Shown here: positions 26,301 to 35,743 of the stretch, piece by piece | Position numbering within the stretch: the stretch's first letter is position 1 | Layout of the letters: each line of letters starts with the position of its first letter | Assembly: GCA_900315545.1 (NCBI GenBank) | Contig: OMZM01000011.1 | Location: 11,760-75,759 of the forward strand | Direction: 5' to 3' | DNA from: an uncultured Prevotella sp. | GTDB lineage: Bacteria > Bacteroidota > Bacteroidia > Bacteroidales > Bacteroidaceae | DNA length: 64,000 bases | Notes under the pieces: generated by a model | Database searches by the model: none | What the model saw: the letters and a program-made list of their open reading frames with translations, nothing else | What the model was told of the DNA's origin: nothing | Made by a program: the position numbers and the translations under genes

Positions 26301-27401
26301 ATGGCATTAAAATGTGGTATTGTCGGTCTGCCTAATGTCGGCAAATCGACTTTGTTCAACTGTCTGTCGAGTGCTAAGGCACAGGCAGCCAACTTCCCTT
26401 TCTGTACTATCGAGCCTAATGTCGGAATAATTACCGTTCCCGACGAGCGACTTACCAAGCTTGCGGAAATAGTGCATCCAGGCAGGATTGTGCCTGCCAC
26501 GTGCGAGATAGTAGACATTGCCGGACTCGTGAAGGGTGCATCGAAGGGCGAAGGACTGGGCAACAAGTTTTTGGGAAACATACGCGAGACGGATGCTATC
26601 ATACATGTGCTGCGCTGTTTCGACGATGACAACATTACTCACGTTGACGGCACCATAGACCCGATACGCGACAAGGAGATTATCGACACCGAGCTGCAGC
26701 TGAAAGACCTTGAGACGATAGAGTCGCAACTTGCCAAGACTCAGAAGACGGCTGCTGCAGGCAACAAGGATGCAAAGGTGCTGATGGGCGTTCTGGAGGC
26801 TTACAAGGATGTGCTGGAGAAAGGAAAGAATGCGCGTGTTGTCAGCTTCGACTCTAAGGAGGAGCAGGATGCTGCGCGCAACCTGTTTCTGCTGACGGCA
26901 AAGCCTGTGCTCTATGTCTGCAACGTCGACGAGGCTGCTGCCAAGCAGGGCAACGAGATGACCGAGAGGGTAGGGGCTCTTGCCCGCGAGGAGGGTGCTG
27001 AGACGATGATTATTGCAGCCAAGACGGAAGAAGACATTGCCGAGCTCGAATCGTACGAAGACAAGATGATGTTTCTCGAGGAACTCGGTCTGGAGGAGAG
27101 CGGAGTAAACCGCCTGATAAAGAAGGCTTACGCGCTGCTCAACCTTGAGACGTTCATCACTGCCGGCGAGATGGAGGTAAAGGCGTGGACCTACAAGAAA
27201 GGCTGGAAGGCACCGCAGTGTGCCGGCGTGATACACACCGACTTTGAAAAAGGTTTCATCCGCGCTGAGGTCATCAAGTATGACGACTACATCAAGTATG
27301 GCAGCGAGGCTGCCGTGCGCGAGGCAGGCAAGATGGGCATCGAGGGCAAGGACTATGTCGTTCAGGACGGAGATATCATGCACTTCAGGTTTAATGTTTA
27401 G
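26301..27401 (+). CDS. ychF: Redox-regulated ATPase YchF
   Basis: GIVGLPNVGKST, FPFCTIEPN, DIAGLV and C-terminal TGS domain. Start taken at MALKC. Confidence 0.98.
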   Translation: MALKCGIVGLPNVGKSTLFNCLSSAKAQAANFPFCTIEPNVGIITVPDERLTKLAEIVHPGRIVPATCEIVDIAGLVKGASKGEGLGNKFLGNIRETDAIIHVLRCFDDDNITHVDGTIDPIRDKEIIDTELQLKDLETIESQLAKTQKTAAAGNKDAKVLMGVLEAYKDVLEKGKNARVVSFDSKEEQDAARNLFLLTAKPVLYVCNVDEAAAKQGNEMTERVGALAREEGAETMIIAAKTEEDIAELESYEDKMMFLEELGLEESGVNRLIKKAYALLNLETFITAGEMEVKAWTYKKGWKAPQCAGVIHTDFEKGFIRAEVIKYDDYIKYGSEAAVREAGKMGIEGKDYVVQDGDIMHFRFNV

Positions 27402-27413
27402 AAATAACAATAT

Positions 27414-28349
27414 ATGATTACAAACTGTCTACTATCAATCAGCAACACCACACTCAGTGCGCTGGAATGCTTCATAATGTGGAATCCGAGCGAGGTGGCA
27501 CTGCATCTGGGACCGCTTTCCATTCGCTGGTATGCCCTGTGCTGGCTCATTGGACTGGGTCTGGCGTACATCATCGTGCACCGCCTGTTCCGCCAGCAGA
27601 AGATAAGCGACGAGAAGTTTGAGCCGCTTTTCATCTATTGCTTCTTCGGCATACTCATAGGCGCAAGGCTCGGACACTGCTTCTTCTACGAGCCGGAGAA
27701 ATATCTCTCGTCGTGGACGAACTTTGTCGAGATATTCCTTCCCATCCAGTATGGTGCCGACGGCTGGCATTTCACTGGCTTCATGGGCTTGGCTTCGCAC
27801 GGCGGAACGATAGGTCTCATCATCGCGCTGTGGATGTATGTCAGGAAAACCAACGTGCCCCTGTGGCAGGTTCTCGACAATATTGCCATTGCAACGCCTA
27901 TCACGGCATGCTTCATAAGGCTCGGCAACCTCATGAACAGTGAGATTATCGGTCGCCCGACCAACGTGGCGTGGGCTTTTGTCTTTGAGAAAGTAGACTT
28001 GCTGCCGCGACATCCGGGACAGTTATACGAGGCTCTGGCATACCTACTGTTTTTCTTCGTCATGCTGCATTTCTACCACTATGGCAGGAAAACTGACGTT
28101 AAGGGCAGCAGCACGCCGTCGCTGTTTGCGCGCTACACCAGTGGCAAGGTAGGCACGGGCTTTTTCTTCGGACTCTGCCTGACGCTTATCTTCACGGCTC
28201 GCTTCTTCATTGAGTTTACGAAGGAAAACCAAGTGGCTTTCGAAGAGTACCTGCCGCTCGACATGGGACAGCTGCTGAGCCTGCCGTTCATAGTCATCGG
28301 CGTCTACTGCATGGTGAAAGGCAAGAAGAAGGAATCTGAAATGAAATAA
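27414..28349 (+). CDS. lgt: Prolipoprotein diacylglyceryl transferase
   Basis: [29 protein letters not shown] and HPGQLYE motifs. Confidence 0.95.
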   Translation: MITNCLLSISNTTLSALECFIMWNPSEVALHLGPLSIRWYALCWLIGLGLAYIIVHRLFRQQKISDEKFEPLFIYCFFGILIGARLGHCFFYEPEKYLSSWTNFVEIFLPIQYGADGWHFTGFMGLASHGGTIGLIIALWMYVRKTNVPLWQVLDNIAIATPITACFIRLGNLMNSEIIGRPTNVAWAFVFEKVDLLPRHPGQLYEALAYLLFFFVMLHFYHYGRKTDVKGSSTPSLFARYTSGKVGTGFFFGLCLTLIFTARFFIEFTKENQVAFEEYLPLDMGQLLSLPFIVIGVYCMVKGKKKESEMK

Positions 28350-28359
28350 GCATACAAAA

Positions 28360-29136
28360 ATGAAAAAGATAATACTGCTGCTCTTTCTCGCAGCCGTCAG
28401 CCTAACGTCGCCTGCACAATGCGCCATGAAGAACACTGCCTTCAAGGCTGGCGAGCAACTGAGCTACAATCTATATTTCAACTGGAAGTTTGTGTGGTAC
28501 AAGGTAGGCAAGGCTAACATGTCTATCAGCAACAGCCGCTATGATGGCAAGGATGCCTATCTCTGCAAGCTGACGGCTACTTCCAACGGCAAGCTCGACA
28601 AGTATTTCTACATGCGCGACACGCTTATTAGCTACGTTACGCATCAGCTTGAGCCGCTATACTTCCGCAAGGGTGCTCACGAGGGCAAGCGCTACACCGT
28701 AGACGAGGTGTGGCACAAGCGTTCCGGCAGCAACAACAAGATAAAGATTCGCCGCCTGCACAACGACAAGAGCATTACTACTAAGGAGGAAACCCACAGC
28801 GACTGCATCTTCGACATGCTCAGCACATTCCTACGCGCACGCAGTTTCATCAGCAGCGGCTGGCAGCGCGGACACCAGACAAAGCTGAAGGTGGTCAGCG
28901 GCAGCGAGGTTTGTCCGGGAATAATAACCTACAAGGGCATTGAGACTGTGAAGGCTGACAACGGCAAGAAATACAGTTGCATGAAGATGGAATACTTAGT
29001 CTACAAGAAAAAGAAAAAGAAGTATGAGCGTCTGGGCACTATCTTCATCACCAACGACAGCCATCACATACCCGTACGCATAGACTTCAACCTGCGCTTC
29101 GGCTCGGCAAAGGCGTTTCTCACAAGCATGAAATAA
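28360..29136 (+). CDS. Exported DUF3108-like protein
   Basis: Signal peptide; GEQLSYNLYFNWKFVW start and HIPVRIDFNLRFGSAKAFL end resemble DUF3108 proteins. Confidence 0.65.
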   Translation: MKKIILLLFLAAVSLTSPAQCAMKNTAFKAGEQLSYNLYFNWKFVWYKVGKANMSISNSRYDGKDAYLCKLTATSNGKLDKYFYMRDTLISYVTHQLEPLYFRKGAHEGKRYTVDEVWHKRSGSNNKIKIRRLHNDKSITTKEETHSDCIFDMLSTFLRARSFISSGWQRGHQTKLKVVSGSEVCPGIITYKGIETVKADNGKKYSCMKMEYLVYKKKKKKYERLGTIFITNDSHHIPVRIDFNLRFGSAKAFLTSMK

Positions 29137-29246
29137 CAGTGCCTGCAACCCTGTCGCAACGACAGCAGGCTGGCTCGGCCATAAAAAGCAATCCCTCTTG
29201 CGCCATGAAGGTGTAAGAGGGATTGACGTTTGTATGTGTATTGTTA

Positions 29247-30752
29247 TTATTTCACGTACTCTGCGAAGTCTGTCAGTCGCATGTCGCCCTTGCGAGCCAG
29301 CGAGTCGTGCATGGCGAAGGCAGCAGGCAGGTTGTGCTTGGTGTGTCCGCCCTTTGCTATCTTCAGGTAGTCCCAGAGCAGCTGCTTGTAGTCTGGGTGA
29401 GCGCAGTTTTCTATGATGCACTCGGCGCGCTGCATCGGGTTCTTTGCTCTCAGGTCGGCAACACCCTGCTCGGTAACGATTACGTTGACGTCGTGTTCAG
29501 AGTGATCCTGGTGAGAAACAAACGGCACGATAGACGAGATGAGTCCTCCCTTAGCCGTCGACGGGCATGTGAAGATTGAGATGTAGGCATTGCGCTCGAA
29601 GTCGCCCGAGCCGCCGATACCGTTCATCATCTTCGTTCCGGAGATGTGTGTAGAGTTGGCGTTGCCGTAGATGTCTACCTCTATTGCCGTGTTGATGGCA
29701 ATGACGCCGAGTCGGCGTATAACCTCCGGTGAGTTGCTTATCTCTGTTGGACGGATGGTCAGGTGGTCCTTGAAGTAGTCGATATGGTCGTAAACCTGCA
29801 TCAGACATTCGTTTGACACGCTGAGCGAGCATGTTGAGCCGTCCTTCACGCGTCCTTCGAGCATCATTTCGATGACTGCGTCCTGAATAACCTCAGTATA
29901 TACGTTGAAGTCTGGCACGTTCTTGTCTTTTCCGAGAGCACCGAGAATGGCGTTGGCTGTTGAGCCTACACCGCTCTGCAGTGGCAGGAACGATGACGGG
30001 ATGACTCCGCGATGCATGTCCTTGACGAGAAATTCAGCCACGAGGTGTCCGATGGTGTCGGTTACAGGGTCGCTGTCCTTAAATCCGCGAGCCTCGTCCG
30101 GCAGGTTGCATTCCACTACTCCTACGATTTTCTCGCGTGGTATTTCTACGTATGGCTTACCGATGCGGTCGCCTACGTTTACTATTGGAATAGGCTGGCG
30201 CATAGGTGGGTCTGCAGGCTCGTAAACGTCTTGTATGAGTTTTGAGCCAGGACTGTGGAATGTGTTGAGTTCGAGAATTACTTTCTTGGCGAGTCGTGCA
30301 GCCGTCGGGCTGATGCCGCCTGCTGCTGTCAGGTATGCCTTGCATGTCGTTTCGCCTTCCTCTATGTCGCTCACTTCGAGTATAGCCCAGTCTACTTCGC
30401 CCATGAAGCCGTAGCGCAGTTCCTGTGCCATGTGGCTCAGATGGAGGTCGTTGTAAGGTATCTCGCCAGCGTTGACAGCCTTGCGGAAGTCGCCGTTGGT
30501 GGTGTAAGGCGCACGATATTTTATTGCGTTGGCAAGTGTCAGTACGCCGTCGGTGCTCTGTCCGGTGCTGGCACCTGTGAACAGTCCTACCTTGAAAGGA
30601 CGTCCGGCAGCGTGCTCTGCCTCAGCAATCTTTGCTAACTCTTTGGTTACTGCTTTTGGAGAACCTGCCGGAGTAAATCCGCTGAGCGCAAGATTCTCGT
30701 CATTCTTAATCAGTGAAGCGGCTTCTGCAGCCGTCATTCTTTTATAAGCCAT
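29247..30752 (-). CDS. Acetyl-CoA hydrolase/succinate CoA-transferase family protein
   Basis: SGFTPAGSPK, PLQSGVG, EVIQD, NGIGGSGDF and VTEQG motifs. Confidence 0.92.
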   Translation of the reverse strand: MAYKRMTAAEAASLIKNDENLALSGFTPAGSPKAVTKELAKIAEAEHAAGRPFKVGLFTGASTGQSTDGVLTLANAIKYRAPYTTNGDFRKAVNAGEIPYNDLHLSHMAQELRYGFMGEVDWAILEVSDIEEGETTCKAYLTAAGGISPTAARLAKKVILELNTFHSPGSKLIQDVYEPADPPMRQPIPIVNVGDRIGKPYVEIPREKIVGVVECNLPDEARGFKDSDPVTDTIGHLVAEFLVKDMHRGVIPSSFLPLQSGVGSTANAILGALGKDKNVPDFNVYTEVIQDAVIEMMLEGRVKDGSTCSLSVSNECLMQVYDHIDYFKDHLTIRPTEISNSPEVIRRLGVIAINTAIEVDIYGNANSTHISGTKMMNGIGGSGDFERNAYISIFTCPSTAKGGLISSIVPFVSHQDHSEHDVNVIVTEQGVADLRAKNPMQRAECIIENCAHPDYKQLLWDYLKIAKGGHTKHNLPAAFAMHDSLARKGDMRLTDFAEYVK

Positions 30753-31353
30753 TTCTTGTTAAAGTTTTATTATTATATATTATGTTTATAGTGTTTTCTC
30801 ACAGTGCTGTTTCTTTTCGTCTGCAAAATTACGAAATTTGTATAAAACACGAACGAAATGTAGTAAAAAAACCACTGAAAATGTGCTATTTATACACAAC
30901 TTTGATACTTTTTTGGCAAATTGTCGTATTTGAAAAAGAATGTAGATGAAAAATTTGGCTATATTTCGGCAATCGTCTACTTTTGCATCACGAAGAAAAA
31001 ACTGACACACAACTATACATTGAAAAAACAGGCAAGAGGCTCCCGTGAAAAGATGGGTGGCTGACGGCGGACAGAAGAGAGGAGAATCAGTATTATTAGT
31101 TATAATTATGGTCTGTGTTGTGGTGTCGAAAGACATCACAGCCGCAGACAGAAAAAATAATTATCGGCAGACTATAATGCTGTAAAGATATAAGAAAATT
31201 CTAAATACAACTATACTATTGGGAAAACTCAGTCAGCGTGCAGACTAAAAACAAAGACACGCAAAACGTGAAAAAGACATTCCTATCGCTTGCAGACCGC
31301 TGCAAAGGGGAATGGAAACGATAAGGATGTCTTTCTTCACTAAGAAGTATTCT

Positions 31354-31461
31354 TCATTGAAATGGATGAATGTTTCGCGCAAAAACAAGACTATAAGACG
31401 TGCCGCCTATGGCTGGCAACGTAATAAAAGATAATTTCTTCATAATAAAGAATCGTTTCAT
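31354..31461 (-). CDS. Possible 35-aa small protein or gene remnant
   Basis: Manual translation MKRFFIMKKLSFITLPAIGGTSYSLVFARNIHPFQ; AT-rich translation start context; flanked by hairpins. Confidence 0.25.
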   Translation of the reverse strand: MKRFFIMKKLSFITLPAIGGTSYSLVFARNIHPFQ

Positions 31462-31543
31462 AAGTTTTAAAATCTTCAACTATGAGAATCACGAAAGGCT
31501 TGCCTGTAGAAGGTAGGCCTTTCTAATTTTGCGGCAAATGGTT

Positions 31544-31995
31544 AATCAATTATTGCCCGTTTAGTGTCGCGAGAATGCACGCGAAACCCGTTTCGGAAAT
31601 CTGAGGGGCAAAATATGCCCGTATTTCGCGTGCATCTGCAATCGCCTGACAGTCAGTTTGTTATCTGCAAACATGGTGTTTCTGTGCAGGAAACAGAAGT
31701 GTTAAAATTGTCAAAGAGCATGTTTGAGATTGTCAAACACACTGTTTGAGGATGTCAGACATAGTGTTTGGGGGTGTCGGACGCTATGACTGACAGGGCA
31801 AAACAGGCGAAATAGAAGCCTCAAAGATGCTCTTTGACATTTTTAACAGTTGTCGCCGAGCGTGGAATTAACACATTTTTGCAGTTTCAGGGGCTAAAAC
31901 TTTTCTATTTGGAGAGTTTTTCTGTGTCAAAAATTTTCATACTTTTTCGGGTCGGAGGAAAATCCTGATGAGTTTGGCACGGTTTTTGCTGTGAG
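31544..31995 (-). repeat. Dispersed intergenic repeat family A, copy 2
   Basis: Reverse-complement homolog of 3648-4097. Confidence 0.92.
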
Positions 31996-32144
31996 TGGTT
32001 TTCTGACCCATAAACATGGCACGTCAATAGTGCATTATCAGAAGATTTACTCAAAAAATTGCACATTTATGCCAAAAATATGCAATAATTCAAACAAAAA
32101 CATTATCTTTGCACAAATTTTAAAAAAGTATATACATAGATACT

Positions 32145-33050
32145 ATGGAACCCATTAAGAATTTTGACGAATTGATAGCTCACCTGTCATCTAAAGGTGA
32201 GAAGAAGCGCGTTGCCGTTGTATGCGCTACCGACGCTTCGACACAGTATGCAGTAGGTAAGGCACTCGAAGGTGGTTTCATCACAGCCACATTCGTTGGC
32301 GGCAGGGCAGAGATTGAAGCCAATGCCGAACTGATGTCAATGAAAAACGATTTCGACATCGTCGATGCTACCGACCAGGACGATGCAGCAGCAAAGGCTG
32401 TGGCACTCGTGCGCGAAGGCAAGGCAGACGTACTGATGAAAGGTCTTATCAACACCGACAACATGCTGCGTGCCGTGCTCAACAAGGAGACGGGCATACT
32501 GCCTAAGGGACGCGTGCTGACACACATTGCATGCGCACACATCCCGACATACAACAAGCTGCTGTTCTTCACCGACGCTGCCGTAATACCTTATCCTACA
32601 CAGGAGCAGCGCATAGAACAAGTGCGCTACGTTGCCGACATGGCTCGCTCGTTCGGAGTGGCAGAGCCACGCATAGCACTCATACACAGCTCTGAGAAAA
32701 TACAGGAGAAGCACTTCCCGTTCACGGCAGGCTATCCGGAAATAATAGAAAAGGCTAAAGCTGGCGAATTTGGCAAGTGCATCGTAGACGGACCAACAGA
32801 CCTGAAGTGCGCATGCAACGCCGAAGCACTGAAGAAGAAGGGACTCACATCGCCTATCAACGGCGAGGCTGATGCGCTAATCTTCCCAGACATAGAGGCA
32901 GGAAACGCCTTCTACAAGGCAGTAACATGCTTCTGCCACGCAAGCATGGCAGCCACACTGCGCGGACCGTTAGTGCCCGTAGTGCTCACGTCGCGCGGCG
33001 ACAGCAAGGAGTCGAAACTCTACAGCCTCGCACTCGCAGTAATAAGCTAA
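32145..33050 (+). CDS. ptb: Phosphate butyryltransferase / phosphate acyltransferase
   Basis: LMKGLINT, FFTDAA, DGPTDL and PDIEAGN motifs; directly upstream of buk. Confidence 0.88.
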   Translation: MEPIKNFDELIAHLSSKGEKKRVAVVCATDASTQYAVGKALEGGFITATFVGGRAEIEANAELMSMKNDFDIVDATDQDDAAAKAVALVREGKADVLMKGLINTDNMLRAVLNKETGILPKGRVLTHIACAHIPTYNKLLFFTDAAVIPYPTQEQRIEQVRYVADMARSFGVAEPRIALIHSSEKIQEKHFPFTAGYPEIIEKAKAGEFGKCIVDGPTDLKCACNAEALKKKGLTSPINGEADALIFPDIEAGNAFYKAVTCFCHASMAATLRGPLVPVVLTSRGDSKESKLYSLALAVIS

Positions 33051-33111
33051 AAAAACACCACTTTTCATACTTACAAACAACAACTGCAAATAAGAAAACA
33101 TTAAACAGAAA

Positions 33112-34176
33112 ATGAAAGTATTAGTAATAAATCCAGGCTCAACATCAACGAAAATAGCCGTTTTCGAAGATGAAAAGCAGATATTCAAGTACAGCATTTC
33201 TCACTCACTGGAAGAACTGGCAGGCTACAAGACTGTCATCGACCAGCTCGACTTCCGCAAACAACTCGTCCTCGACGAACTGAAAAAAGCAGGCATAGCG
33301 CTCGACTTCGCAGCCGTCATTGGTCGCGGAGGACTGCTCAAGCCACTGGAAGGCGGCGTCTACGAGGTTAACGACCTCATGAAAAAGGACATCCGCAACT
33401 CTACACACTCACACGCCAGCGACTTGGGATGCCTCATAGCAAGCGACATCGCAGGCGAAATAGCTGGCTGCCGCAGCTTCATAGCCGACCCCGTAGTAGT
33501 AGACGAACTCAACGACGAGGCTCGCACAAGCGGCTCGCCACTCATGCCACGCATCAGCATCTGGCATGCGCTCAACCAAAAGGCTATGGCTCGACGCTTC
33601 GCTAAGGACAACAACAAGAACTACGAAGACCTCAACCTCATCGTATGCCATCTCGGCGGAGGAATCTCTGTTGCTGCACACGAGCACGGACGTTGCGTAG
33701 ACGTGAACAACGCACTCGACGGAGAAGGACCAATGGCACCTGAACGCGCAGGAACACTGCCCGCTGCCGACCTCGTAAGACTCTGCTTCAGCGGAAAATA
33801 CGACATGAAAACTATACTCTCATTCATAGCAGGAAAAGAATCGGGCGTATCTGCTCATCTCGGAACAAACGACATGCGCGAAGTGGAAGACCGCGTAAAC
33901 GCAGGCGACGAGAAAGCAAAGAAGGTCATCGACGCCATGATCTACCACGTTGCCAAGAGCATAGCAGCACAGGGAGCCGTATTCTGCGGCAAGGTAGACG
34001 GCATCATCATCACAGGCGGAATAGCTCACTGGAAGTATGTAGTGGAAGAACTGAAACGCCGCGTCAGCTTCCTCGCACCGGTACACATCTATGCCGGCGA
34101 AGACGAACTCGAGGCTCTGGCTCTCAACGCACTGGCTGTTGTGCGCGGAGAACGCGAGGCAAAGGAGTACAAATAA
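33112..34176 (+). CDS. buk: Butyrate kinase
   Basis: INPGSTSTK, IGRGGLLKP, HALNQKA, HLGGGISV and TGGIAH motifs. Confidence 0.95.
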   Translation: MKVLVINPGSTSTKIAVFEDEKQIFKYSISHSLEELAGYKTVIDQLDFRKQLVLDELKKAGIALDFAAVIGRGGLLKPLEGGVYEVNDLMKKDIRNSTHSHASDLGCLIASDIAGEIAGCRSFIADPVVVDELNDEARTSGSPLMPRISIWHALNQKAMARRFAKDNNKNYEDLNLIVCHLGGGISVAAHEHGRCVDVNNALDGEGPMAPERAGTLPAADLVRLCFSGKYDMKTILSFIAGKESGVSAHLGTNDMREVEDRVNAGDEKAKKVIDAMIYHVAKSIAAQGAVFCGKVDGIIITGGIAHWKYVVEELKRRVSFLAPVHIYAGEDELEALALNALAVVRGEREAKEYK

Positions 34177-34230
34177 GCAACCACGACGGAAGAATGGCTG
34201 ACATCTGACAGCCAAAATCCTTAATAATAA

Positions 34231-34280
34231 AGAACTGAGCCATAGCGATTATTACATCGATAATCCTATGGCTCAGTTCT
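34231..34280. terminator. Hairpin terminator between convergent buk and cbiK
   Basis: AGAACTGAGCCATAG...CTATGGCTCAGTTCT. Confidence 0.75.
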
Positions 34281-34396
34281 TATCATGCACGCCTGAAGAA
34301 AGAACGGCACGGCTTTGCGAAAAAGACCCACAGCCTGCCGAAAGGTCAGTAACCGTGCCCCCAACAGCCGGAAACAGCCCGACAACGCAGCAAAGA

Positions 34397-35284
34397 CTAT
34401 GAATTAACCTTCTCAGCCTTACGCAAATGGCTGACAAACATATCCTGTATCTCGGCTATCTGTCCCAGTCCTTCCATGTTTACCGACACTTTCAGACCCT
34501 CTTTCTCAAGCTCTCCCTTCCATTCCACCGATATATCGTTGGCTGCATGGTCGCCCGCAACAAACATCATCGGCACAAGTACGACACTGCGCGCCTTCGA
34601 TTGCTTCAGCTTTCTGACCACATCGCCGAAAGCAGGATAGCCCTCTATCGTTCCGACATGATAGTTTCCACAGCCTTTGGCAGCCAGCATATAGTCCAAC
34701 ATGCCATATACCGCCGTGTCGATGGTTTCCGTTCCATGACCGACAAACACTACATGCTCGCCTTTCTTGCCGTTGGCAACATTGCGCCTGGTCAGTATGT
34801 CAGCCACCTTTCCTACTTCCTCAGCATCGCATAACAATGGCTTGCCAACGCGAATGTCATCGAAAAACGGCGCCATAGAGCGCATTTCCGACAGCAGCAT
34901 ATTGTATTCTATTCCACAAATGACATTAGTGCTCTGCACGACGACCCTCGTATAGCCCTCACTGCGCAGGCTCATCAGCGCCTCAACGGGCGTCTGCCTG
35001 ACTATGCCGCGCTCCTTCAGGCGCTTGATAATAATGCGCGACGTGTAAGCCTCACGCACCTCGACACCCGGATAGCAGCCCTTCACCTTCTCGTTGATGG
35101 CATCTATCGTCAAGGCGCGCGTCCCGTCGTAGGTAGTACCGAAGTGAACCATCAGCACGGCAACACTCTTTCCGTTCTCCGAACCTGCCGACAACATGCT
35201 CTCAACACTCTCCGTCTTCTGCGCAAAGCCTGCCGTAGAAAGCACCAGAAGACACAACAAAATCAGATTTCTCATACCTTTCAT
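34397..35284 (-). CDS. cbiK: Sirohydrochlorin cobaltochelatase CbiK family protein with Sec signal peptide
   Basis: LMVHFGTT, REAYTSRII and both metal-ligand His motifs (FVGHGT, MFVAGDHA); N-terminus MKGMRNLILLCLLVLSTAGFA-Q looks like a cleavable signal peptide. Confidence 0.88.
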   Translation of the reverse strand: MKGMRNLILLCLLVLSTAGFAQKTESVESMLSAGSENGKSVAVLMVHFGTTYDGTRALTIDAINEKVKGCYPGVEVREAYTSRIIIKRLKERGIVRQTPVEALMSLRSEGYTRVVVQSTNVICGIEYNMLLSEMRSMAPFFDDIRVGKPLLCDAEEVGKVADILTRRNVANGKKGEHVVFVGHGTETIDTAVYGMLDYMLAAKGCGNYHVGTIEGYPAFGDVVRKLKQSKARSVVLVPMMFVAGDHAANDISVEWKGELEKEGLKVSVNMEGLGQIAEIQDMFVSHLRKAEKVNS

Positions 35285-35388
35285 AACATAATATTTATAT
35301 TTATATAACATTAATAATACACTTTCATAACATTATTGATACACTTTCATAACACTAATAATATGCTTTCATAACATTATTGATACGC
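35279..35388. repeat. Five tandem 22-bp AT-rich repeats at the cbiK start
   Basis: Units at 35279, 35301, 35323, 35345 and 35367, consensus TTTCATAACATTA(T/A)T(G/A)ATAC(A/G)C. Confidence 0.85.
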
Positions 35389-35514
35389 TCTAAAAACGTC
35401 GGCAAAGGTATCTCAAATAATGATTTTCGACAATTTTTCGCTCAATAATACTGCATGAGAGTGAAAAATTTTTGCTTTTTTATTGCAGATTAAAGTTTTT
35501 TATATACTTTTGCA

Positions 35515-35676
35515 GCGGATTTTGGTAACCAAAGCATGCATGCTTGGTTTTAAAAGGGAATTAGGTGCAAAGCCTAAACAGTGCCCGCTACTGTGATATC
35601 CATTATGTTAAACTCAAATAAACCACTGTCATTTACGGGAAGGTGAGTTTATCGGATTAAGTCAGGAGACCTGCCT
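35515..35676 (+). ncRNA. Cobalamin riboswitch
   Basis: Diagnostic segments AAAAGGGAA-TTAGGTGCAAAGCCTAA-ACAGTGCCCGCTACTGT, CCACTG...GGGAAGG and AAGTCAGGAGACCTGCC, between a TACTTTTG promoter box and the TonB receptor gene. Confidence 0.93.
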
Positions 35677-35743
35677 CTATTCCATAAAGGGTAAAAATCT
35701 CTTCGGGGTCAAGGAGATAATTTTATTAACTAACTATATTTTT

